64,000 nucleotides of DNA from Cyanophora paradoxa CCMP329 (lineage: Eukaryota > Plantae > Glaucophyta), in assembly GCA_004431415.1 (NCBI GenBank), contig QPMI01000429.1, positions 62,001 through 126,000 of the forward strand, written 5' to 3'. Every line of letters begins with the position of its first letter. Within the stretch, counting starts at the first letter, position 1. Made by a program: the position numbers and the translations under genes. The notes beneath the pieces were generated by a model. The model had not been told where the DNA came from. It ran no database searches and was given only the letters and a program-made list of their open reading frames with translations. This document shows, in pieces, positions 35,421 through 45,577 of this stretch.

Positions 35421-36800
35421 TCAGGGGCGGGAGGTGGCGCCCTTCTTGGCGGGGGCGGCGGGGCCGGCGCCGCCGAAGCCGAGGGAGTGGAGGAAGCCGC
35501 CGCCGCCTCCGCCTCGGTGGGCCTCGCGGTGGCCGGCGGCGGCGCGGGCGGCGGCGCGGCGGAGCTGGTCGGCGGCGGCGCGCTCGGCGGCGAGCTCCTC
35601 GGCCTGGCGGCTGCGGGCGATGACGGACTGCTGCATGGCGAGGTGCATCTCGTTCGCGCGCGCCGCGAGGTCGGCCACGTCGCAGAGCAGGTGCACCATC
35701 ACGTCCTCGTGCGCCCCCGCCCGCCGCACCCCGGGCTCCGTCACCAGCATCTCCAGCCCCACGCTCCCGCACCGGTCGCACAGGTGCCGGTGCGGCTCCC
35801 CCGCGTGGCCCGCCGGCGCCGGGTCCGGCCGCAGCAGCAGCGCCTCGGCCTTGATCGTCGCCAGCCGCTCGACGCTCTCCCGCGTCTGCTCCTCCAGGTC
35901 CCGCCGCAGGCCCCGCCGCAGGTCCTCCCGGTTGATCGCCTGCGCCCCGTCAGGCGGCGCCCGGCGCCCGGCGCGGGGCGGCGCGGCGCGCACGTCCAGC
36001 GAGGCCGCCTTGATCTCGTCGTGCAGCCGCGCGATCTGCCGCGCGGCGCCCGCCGTCAGCGACCCCGCCGCCGGCCGGCGCTGAGGGGGGCCGGAGGGGG
36101 CGCGGGGCACCTCCCGCGCGAACTGGGCGGGGCGGCGGCGTCAGCGGGGCCGGCGTGCGGGGCCGGGCGGGGCCGGGCGGGGCCGGGGCACCTTGAGGGC
36201 GCGCTCCGCGTCGGTCGACACGGCCGAGCCGGCGCTCACCAGCGACCCCCGCGCGCTCTTCTCTGCTCCCGCCCGACAGCGTCAGCAGGGGGAGAGGAGG
36301 GGGCGGGGACGGGGCGCGCGGTTCGTGAGCGACGACCGCATGATGCGGTTGACGATGCTCTCTGCCGCTGGCCGCTGCGCCTCCCCGCCGCCGGCGCCGC
36401 CCCCTTCGCTAACGCGCGAAAGCGGCGCTGCGCTCCGCATGTCAGCCGAGTAATAAACTAAAAAACGCCGAAGCGCCGCGCACTGCTGCTCTGGCCGCTG
36501 CCCGACGGCGTGCTCATCGCTGCAGCTGGATGGCTGCGCTTCCGGGGGCCGCCTGCGGGCGTCGTCGCGCGGACCACCTTCCCCAAAGCCTCGAGCAGTT
36601 TTGGATCTTTCTTTAGCGCTTCTGTGTGTGGAAGAGGGGCCCGTACTCAGCCGCGAAACTTTGAAAGGTTGGCCCCGCAGAAGGAGCGCACCTAGGACCG
36701 CAGCCGCATCGGTCTCGGGCGCCTCTTCATCGTCACTAAGGGAGATACGCGATAGCCGCAGCTTGCGCGTGGGGCTCTCGAACTCGCTCTCCTGCTGCAT
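35421..36800 (-). CDS. Hypothetical multi-exon protein with a coiled-coil segment and HLCDRC motif
   Basis: MQQESEFESPTRKLRL...; spliced ERALK|FARE|IARLHDEIKAASLD|AINREDLRRGLRRDLEEQ; canonical GT...CTGAC...CAG introns. Confidence 0.65.
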
Positions 36801-36886
36801 CGCTCGGAAGGGGCGACCGCTGCTGCTGTGCGGAGCTGGGCCGGGCTGGCACGTGCTCGAGCTGGTACAGGTGCTAAGCTTCTAGA

Positions 36887-39800
36887 ATGGAAGCTCAAAG
36901 ATCGGAGTCACCGGACAAAGTGATTAGGCCGTTGCCTCGTCCCCGGGGTAGGCAATTACTTGCCCCACAACGGCAACCGCCTGCGCTGACATCTGGCAGC
37001 CTTGCGAAGAGGGACCGTGCAGCGGGACCCTCTCGAATGGAAGAGCGCCTAGCCGACAGCCCCCCGCTAGTTTCGCCGGCGGGACCGTGGCGCCTCCTTA
37101 GCAAAGAGTTGAAGGACGTTAGCATCTCCTCGGGCACAGACTCGACGGGGGAGATTGCTACGATCGACAACCCGCCGATTAAGATTGACCCGTGAGCGCC
37201 TCTGCTAGCAGCCCCGCCGCCAAGCACGCTTGACACACCAGCAGGAAAGCGGGGCCGCGCCACGCACCGCCGCAGCCGTCCGACTTCTCCGGCAGCAAGC
37301 GATCGCTTAAGGGGGAGGTGGAAGATATGGAAGACGCCGACAGCGTTGACCTGACGACGGATGACGAGGTTCGCTACGTGTTGCGCCGGAACCGGTCGCG
37401 TGGCGGCGCCGGCCGCGGCCGCTGTATGCGCCAATCGAAGAGAGAGGAGTGAGGAATCGCTCGCAGGACTTTGACCCGAACCTGGACCCCGAGGTGCGGT
37501 TCATTGACAGCGAGCTGGCGCGCATCGAGCGCCAGCTGGCCGAGGCCCTGCGCGCCGCCATCGGCGAGGAGAAGGTCCGTGCCGCCCGCATCAGACTCGC
37601 AGCGGCTCCCCCGCGACGCCCCGCGCAGAAGAGCATCACGAACGTCTTCTTCTGCTCGGCCGAGGAGCCCGGGAAGGCGAGCCTGTACCACCCGCTCGTC
37701 GCGAAGAACATCCAGGAGCTGAAGGAGGCCGAGCTCCGCGTCATGCACCGGCGCGCCGTCCTTTCCTTCCTTTCCGCTCCTTTCTTCTCCTGACGGGCAG
37801 CGCGGGCCGGCAGGTGGACGAACCTCGTCTCGCACGCGCGGCGGCTGCAGCGGCGGACGATGGCGATGGAGGAAGAGCGCGTCTCGTTCACCGGCGAGCT
37901 CGAGAAGATGCGCGCCCGCACCCAGGAGATCGCCAACGCCCTCGCCAAGGAGGCCCGCCCGCACCCCGCACCCCGCCCCCCGCCCGCTCGCCCGGGCCCC
38001 CTGGGGCCGCGGACGAGCCCGGCGCGGGCGCAGGCGATGGAGAAGGAGGGCCTGGGGAAGGCGCGGGACGAGGCGGAGAGCCGGGCGCGCTCGCTGGACG
38101 CCGACCGCGAGGCGCTGCAGCGGCGGCTGCGGGAGGCGGAGGCGGCGGCGGCGGCGCTCGAGGGGCCAAGCTCGAGCTCGAGGCCGACCTCCAGGTCGCC
38201 GAGGCTACCAAGGACGAGGCGCTCCAGAACGTGCAGCGCTCGGCCGCCGAGGCGCAGGCCACCGCCGCCCGCCTCCGCGCCGCCGAGGAGGCCGCCGAGG
38301 CGCAGCGCCGCGCCGCCGAGGAGGCGACGGCGGAGCTGCGGCGCGTGGCGGCGGCGCAGTTCGACGCGCTCAAGCGCGAGTACGCGCAGCTCGAGGCGGA
38401 CTCGCAGGAGCGCGACCGGCGCGCCCGGGCCGAGGCGGCGGCGCTGCAGGCGCGCGTCGACATCCTCTGCGCCGAGCGCGACGCGGCGCGGGCCGAGCGC
38501 GACGAGGCGGTGCCGCGCGCCGCGTCGCTCACGGCCGAGGTGGTCAAGGCGGCCGACGCGGCGGCGCGCCTCACCGTCGAGCGGGACGCGCTCGCCGCCG
38601 AGCTCGCGGCCGCCCGCGCCGAGGCGGCGGCGCTCGCCGAGGAGCGCGCCGGCCTGGCCGCCGAGGTGCACGCGGCGCTGAGCGGGCGCGCCTCCCTCGC
38701 CGAGGAGCTGCGCGCCGCCGCCGAGGAGCGCGAGCGCCTCGCCGCCGCCCTCCGCGAGGCCGCCGAGGCCGCCGCGAGGAGCGCGGCCGCCTCGAGGCCG
38801 AGCTCGAGGCGGCCGGCGGCGAGCGGGCCCGCCTGGCCGCGGAGCTCGAGCGCGAGCTGGGCGACCGCGCGCGCCTGCAGTGCGCGCTCGAGGCGGCGGC
38901 GGCGGAGAAGGCGGCGCTCGCCGAGGAGCAGGCCTCGCGGCTGCGCGCCGAGGCCGGCGAGGCCGCCGCGGAGGCGGCGCGCCTGCGGGCTGAGCGGGAG
39001 GCGCTCGCGGGCGAGCGCGACCGGCTCGCGGCCGAGGCGGCACGCGCGGCGGCCGAGGCGGAGCGGGCGGCGGCGATGGCAGCTCGCCTGCAGACGGAGC
39101 GGGATGCTCTCGTCGAGGAGCGTGACCGGCTTGCCGCAGAGGCGGCGCGCGCGGCGGCCGAGGCCGAGGGACGGCGGCGGAGGCGGCGCGCCTGCAGGCG
39201 GAGCGGGATGCTCTCGCGGGCGAGCGCGACCGGCTCGCCGCCGAGGCGGCGCGCGCGGCTGCCGAGGCGGAGCGGGCGGGGCGGAGGCGGGCGGCTGGAG
39301 GCGGAGCTCGACGAGGAGCGGCGGCGCGGGGCGGCGACGCGCTCGCTGGAGTCCCTCGAGCGCGACCGGGCGGAGGCGGAGCGGGAGGCGGCGGCGCGGG
39401 AGCTGGCCGACCTGCAGGCCGAGCACGCGCGCCTCTCCGCCGAGCACGCCGCCGTGCAGCAGGAGGCCTCGCTCCTCTCCGCGGAGGCCGGCAGCGCCCG
39501 CGCCGCCGCCGAGGCGCTCGAGCGCGAGCGCGCCGCCGCCGAGGAGCGCGCCGAGGCGGCCGAGCGCGAGGCGGCGGCGGCGCAGGAGCGCGGGCGGCAG
39601 CTGCGCGAGCAGGTCGAGGCGCTGCGGGCCGAGGCGGAGACCGCGGCGCGGCTCGCGCCGGAGCTGGAGCGCGCCGTCGCGGAGAAGGCGGCGGCGGCGG
39701 AGGCGCGGGAGGAGCTGGCGGCGCGGGCGGCGCAGCTGGAGGCGGACCTCGAGGCGGCGCTGCGGGACGCGCAGGCGGTGCGGGGCGAGAAGGGGCGCGC

Positions 39801-41809
39801 CGAGGAGGAGCTCGAGAAGGCGGCCGAGGAGCGCAACCTCGTCGTCGGGCACCTCATCACGACGGAGAACGAGCGCAACGCGGCGCAGGAGCAGGCCCGC
39901 CGCGCGCGGGAGCAGGCGGAGAAGCTCAAGCGCGAGCTCGCGGAGGTGGCGGCCCAGGCCGAGGAGGCCGGCGAGCTCCGGGAGCGCGTCGGGCGGCTGC
40001 AGGCGGAGCTCACCGCCGCGCGCGCCGCCGAGGCCGCCGCCGCCTCGCGCGAGGGCGAGGAGGCCTCCGGGCGGAGCGGGCGCGGGCGGAGGCGCAGCGG
40101 GGCGGGAGGAGGCGGCGGTGGCGAAGGCGCGGCTCGAAGAGGCGCGCGAGGCGGCGCGCGCCCTCACCGCCGCCCTCGAGGACAAGGCCGCCCAGCTCTT
40201 CGCGTCCGCCCGCCCCGCGCCCCGCGCCCCGCGCCGCCCCGCCGGCCCCGCCCGACGCCGACGCCGACGCCGCGCGCAGGGCGCAGAGCGAGCTCGCGTC
40301 GGTGCTCGCGGCGGCGACGGCGGCGCGCGAGGAGCACAACGCGGCGCGGGACGAGCTGAACGCGGCGCGGGAGGAGGCGGCGGGGGCGCGGCGGAGGCGC
40401 AGCGGGCGGGGCTGGCGGCCGAGGCGGAGGCGGCGGAGGCGGCGGCGGCGCGGCGGCGGGCGGACGACGCGGCGCTGCAGGCGGGGGCGGCGCAGGAGGA
40501 GGCGGCGCAGGCGCGCGAGGAGGCGCAGCGGCTCGGCGACGAGCTCGCCGCCGCGCGCGACGAGGGGGCCCGGGAGCGCGCCGAGGCCCTCCGCTGCGCC
40601 CACGAGGCCGACGCCGCCCGCGACGCCGCCGCCGCCTCCGCCGCCGACCTCGCCGCCGCCCTCGCCCAGGCCGACGCCCTGCGCGCCCGCGCCGAGGCGG
40701 CGGCGCGCGAGGCCGAGTCGCTGCGGGCGGCGCGCGAGGCCGAGTCGCTGCGGGCGGCGCGCGCCTCGCCGGCCAAGTGCGGCAGGTGCCCGGCCCTGCA
40801 GGAGGGCCTCGCGGCGGCCCGCGCGCAGGCGGAGCAGGCGGCGGCCGGGGCGCGGGCGGCGGAGGCGCGGGCGCGGGAGGCGGAGGCGCAGCTGCGGGAG
40901 AACGAGGGGGCGCTGCAGGCGGCGCGCGCGCGGCTGGACGAGGCCTCGGGGGAGCTGCGGGCGGCGCGCGCCGACCTGGCGCGGCTGCACGAGGAGCTGC
41001 GGGCGGCGCGGGAGGAGCCGCGGGCGCTGATCGCGCGCATGGCGGAGATGGAGCGGCAGGTCGCCGCCCTCTCCGCCGCCGCCTCCGAGGGGATGGAGAC
41101 GGGCACCGAGGAGGGCGAGATCAAGGAGGAGGGGAGCCCGCGCCGCCGCCGCTGGGCGCCCCGCCCCGCCGAGGCCGCCGCCGAGCTCGAGGCCGCCCGC
41201 GCCGAGCTCGCCGCCGCCCGCGCCGAGATCGACGCGTACCGCGCCGCCGACCGCGCCGCCGCCGCCGCCGCCGGCCTCGCCGCCGCGCCCGCCGTGCCCG
41301 CGGCGAACGGCTTCCGCTCCGCCTCGCCGGCGCCGAGCGACGAGCTGGACGCGCTGCGGGACGAGCTCGCCGCCGTCGAGGCGGCGCTGCGCCGCCAGCC
41401 CCTCTCCGCCGCTCCTCGCCCCAGCGCCGCCCGCACGGCGCCGCCACGCCCCCGAGCAGCCTCGGCTCGCCCCTGCTGGGCCCCGGCTGGGCGGCGCCGC
41501 GGCGCCCGCCCTCGTTCCCCATCTCAGCGTACGACCCGCGCACAAAGGTGGCGGCCATGCCGGCCGAGACCCCCGTCTGGCTCGCCCCCTCCGGCAAAGT
41601 CGTGCGCCCGCCCCGCCCCGCCCCGCCCCGCCCCGCCCCGCCCCGCCGCGGACCTCGCGCTTGCTGAGGGGGCGGGGCGGGGCCAGTTCCACGTCGAGTC
41701 GTGCGCGTGGGTGGAGGGCCCCGGGGTCCGCATGGACCTCGCCTCCGCCTGCGCCGCCGGCAAGCTCCCCTGCTCCTCCTGCTGCCGGCCCCTCGCCGAG
41801 CCCTGCTGA
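36887..41809 (+). CDS. Large Ala/Glu/Arg-rich coiled-coil protein with a C-terminal Ada-like Zn-binding motif
   Basis: About 3.5 kb of heptad-rich coding, including 35-aa repeats (~105-nt period at 39013/39118/39222). C-terminus PVWLAPSGKV|FHVESC...MDLASACAAGKLPCSSC. Several apparent frameshifts. Confidence 0.7.
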
Positions 41810-42155
41810 GGCCGCGGCTCCTCCGGCCCGCCCGCCCCGCCCCTCTCCACTGCAGCGAGGCGGACGTACCCTTATTTAGAGTGTTTTAGCCGCAGAGAGT
41901 GATTATAACGTTATTCGGCATGCAAGAAGCGTTCGGTCCAAGTGCGGCGGGCTCGCGACGGCTTCGTCGGGTTCGGGAACTGTTCAGGGAAATTGGACAA
42001 AAAAGAGCAACTCATCTAGCCTAAAATCGCGGCTCCAATCAAGTGCATCTCACGGTCGCGGCCAGCCCCGCTGGCCTCGAGGGTTCGGAACGGAGGAATT
42101 AAAAAAACAAGAGCGGAACGAGGTGGTGGAGTACAAGTGTACAGAAAGTGCGGGT

Positions 42156-45016
42156 CTAGTTCTTGGTCTGCGCGAGCGAGCGCGGCGTCAGGCGGGGGCT
42201 AAGAGGCGGCGGGCGCGGGGCGGGGGCGGGGCGGGGCGGGGCGCACGATCTGGATGTAGCGCTCCATGAGCCGCTTGGTGGGCGCGACGAAGCCGTCGAT
42301 GGGGGCGCCCTCCTTGCGGGTCTTGCTGAGCTGCATGCGGACCTGCGTGGCGAGGATCTTGCCGAGCTCGACGCCCCACTGGTCGAACGAGTTGAGGCCC
42401 CAGACGAAGCCCTCCACCGCCGTCCGGTGCTCGTACAGCGAGAGCACCTGCGCCCCCGCCCCGCCCGGCGTCAGCGACGAGCCCGGCACGGCGGCGCGGG
42501 CGCGGGGCGGGGGCGGCGGAGGCGCGCCTGCCCGACCGCGAAGGGGGTGACAGACTCCGGGAAGAGGATGCTGAGCGAGGGCCGGTTGCCGGGGAAGACC
42601 TGCGGGGCGCGGGGCCTCAGCGGGCGGGGCGGGCCGGCTCGCGGGGCGGGGCGGGCGGGGCGGGCCTTGTGGGGGACGAGGTCGGCGGGGCAGCCCTCGG
42701 CGACCACCTGCTCCTCGGTCTTGCCGAACGCGAGCGCGTCGGGCTGCGCGCGCCCCGCCCCGCCCCGTCAGCGGCAGCGGCAGCGTGCGCGGTCGGCGGG
42801 TCGGGGCGGGGCGGGGCGGGGCGGGGAAAGGGCGGGGCGGGCCTGGGCGAAGAAGTTGGACATGAGCTCGTCGTGGTTGGAGACGGGGTGCTCGCCGGGG
42901 AGGTCGACGGGGTACTGCGACTTGGCGAAGCCGAGGAAGTCGCAGGGGACGACGCGGCCCTGGTGGATGAGCTGGTAGAAGCTGTGCTGCCCGTCCGTCC
43001 CCGGCTCGCCGAACTCGATCTCGCCCGCCTCGTAGTTCAGCAGCGTGCCGTCCTTGCACACCCGCTTCCCGTTCGACTCCATCGCGACCTGGAGAAGACG
43101 GGGCCGGTCGGCCGGGGCGGGGCGGGGCGGGGCGGGGCGGGGCGGGGCGGGGGTACCTGCTGGACGTGCGGGGCGAGCTTGAGGAGGGCCTGGGCGTAGG
43201 GGAGGAGGGCCCGCGAGGAGTGGCCCATGAAGGAGGCGTTCCAGACGCCGATGAGGCCCATCAGCACCGGGATGTTCTTGTCGAGCGGGGCGGAGAGGAA
43301 GTGCCGGTCGATGTCGCGGGCGCCCATCAGGAACTCCTCCGCCACGTCGTAGCCGAAGACGAGCGCCAGCGGGAGCACGCCGACCGCCGAGCAGACCGAG
43401 TAGCGCCCGCCGACCCAGTCCCAGAACCCGAACATGTTGTCCGTGCTGATCCCGAACTCCTTCACCTTCTCCGCGTTCGTGCTGACCGCCACCATGTTCT
43501 TCGACACGTCGGCTGCGGCGCACGGTCAGGCGCGGCAGCCGGCGGGCGGCGGCTGGCGGCGGGCGCACTGATGCCGGCCTTGTTGAACCAGTCGCGCATG
43601 GTCTTCGCGTTCAGGAGCGTCTCGGTCGTGGTAAAGGTCTTGGAGATGACGACGACGAGGGTCGTCTCGGGGTCCAGGCCCTCCACGCAGCGCGCCACCT
43701 GCGCCCGACCGCGTCCGCGTCGGCCGCCGGCCCCTGCCCTGGCAGCGCCCCTCCCGCACCTCGACGGGGTCGACGTTGGCGAGGAAGCGGAGCTTGCGGC
43801 CGTGGCTGGCCTTGGCGCCCTTCGCGTCTGTCCGGAGCGCCTCGTACACGAACTTGGGGCCGAGGTAGCTGCGCGAGCGGTGTCAGATCAACGAGCCCGC
43901 CGTACTGCGGAGCGAGGGGCGCGCCTGCCGCCGATGCCGACCGCGACGATGTTCTGGATGGGCTTGCCGGTCCCGCCGAGGAACTTGCCTGTGCGAACGC
44001 GCTCGGAGAAGTCCTTGATCTTGTCCAGAACCTGGCAGGAGGCGGTTAGCGCCGAGACTCGACTGCTGTTGCGCAAGCGCTGAAAAGCAAAGCCGCCCGA
44101 ACCTCGTGGATGTCCTTGACGACGTTCTTCCCGTCGACGTTGAAAACCTCATCGCGCTTGGCACGGAGAGCCATGTGCAGCACGGCGCGGTCCTCGCTGT
44201 TGTTGATGTGCTCGCCCGCGGCCATCGCCTTGATCTTCTCCTCAAGACCCGACTGCAAGGAAGCTAAGCATGCGAGACAGAGAGCATGCACGCGCAAAGG
44301 AGGACGCGTCCTGCGCGCCTTCTTTGCCAGGTCGAAGAGCAGCTGCCGCGTCTCCGGAACCATATTCTGGCGCGCGTAGTCAAGCACGATGCCGTTATGC
44401 TCCGCAGTGAAGGCCTGGTTGCGCGCGTCGTCCCTTTCGCAGGCGTCAGCGAGGGTGACGTGCGCGATGACCCTGAAGCAGCCAAAAGTGGGCGCACTTC
44501 ATTAGCTCGCGCAGGTGAGTGGACTTGATGTACTCAGCATGCTGGGCCAGCTTCTTCCACTCCGGGGTCGTGGAAATCAGCTCAGCAGACGGCCTGCGCG
44601 CGACATGGTCTCAGTCGCTCTAGACCAACAGTGCGCACCGCCGCAGACGCATCCCGAAAGCTCTCCAAAAAGGAAAGAAACTCTATGCGCCGTGTGCAGA
44701 GGACGCACCCCGCGGGGATCGGGACGGCCGAGGTGCCCACGCGCTCGCTGCGCGCATCCCGACGGAAGCGGTCGGCCGCCACGTCCGCGGCACCAAAGAA
44801 GTCCGAACGAAGAGACTGGACGCCATCGAAACGAGTCTGGTTGCTAGCCGTCCTGACAACGCTGGGGACGTCCGAGAGGGCAAACGCCGGCTGCTGCCTG
44901 CGGACGCTGCTGCAGGACGCCGACCGCTCGACGAAGCTCCGCGCCGAGACGCTCGAGATCTGTGCCCCGGCAAGCGAAGACGACGCAAGGACGATGGGGC
45001 TGAGGAAAGCGGCCAT
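42156..45016 (-). CDS. GPI: Glucose-6-phosphate isomerase (eukaryotic cytosolic type) with an N-terminal plastid transit peptide; 13 exons
   Basis: [16 protein letters not shown]; GIGGS|YLGP; SKTFTTTET; [16 protein letters not shown]; MESNGK; [18 protein letters not shown]; [12 protein letters not shown]; N-terminal MAAFLSP... Ser/Ala/Arg-rich extension. Confidence 0.97.
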
Positions 45017-45577
45017 CCTGCTCTTCGGGTAGGGGCTCCGATGCTCTCCGATTCAAGATGCGCGAGGATAACGAGCGCGGCGGCGAACGGTACTGCTGAA
45101 CGAACGCGGCGGGCCGAACGACCCTTTTAAAAAAAAGGAGGGGGTTACAGTCAACTTACAGACACTGGGCACTGCTGCTGCACGGCTTGACGTCGTCGGC
45201 GAATCCGACCGTTTGAAAGCTCCCGCGCGTGCGCCAGATCGAACTGCGGCGGCGCGCAGGGTGCTTCTACACGCTCGCAAATTTAAGTGCAGATTGAGTG
45301 GACCGTGTGCAGAAGTGGAAAGATGTGCAGCTTTCAAATGTAAAGAATGGAATATCTTTGGTTCGCTCATTAACACCCAGAAACTACATCCTGCAAACTA
45401 AGGGGGGGGCCTCGCTCGAAGCAAGAACTTCGGAAAAAGAAGCGCAGCGCAAGCTGCTTGGAGGCGCGCGACGCGCGACGAGACAAAATGCGACTCTACA
45501 AAACATCGGTCGCGGCCTTGAGATCCCACCCGCTGCGGGCAGCGGGGGGCCAGCGCTCGGAGCTGAAGTGTGACTCC

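Noticed and set aside
38150-41500. Programmed frameshifting or pseudogenisation suggested by frame switches (also ~10560, ~18040, ~49530)
   Set aside because: The switches fall in G/C homopolymer or GC-repeat runs across many unrelated genes, so long-read indel errors are the simplest explanation.
44594-44610. Intronic ATG as an alternative cytosolic start for GPI
   Set aside because: It is out of frame with exon 2 and hits a stop after nine codons.
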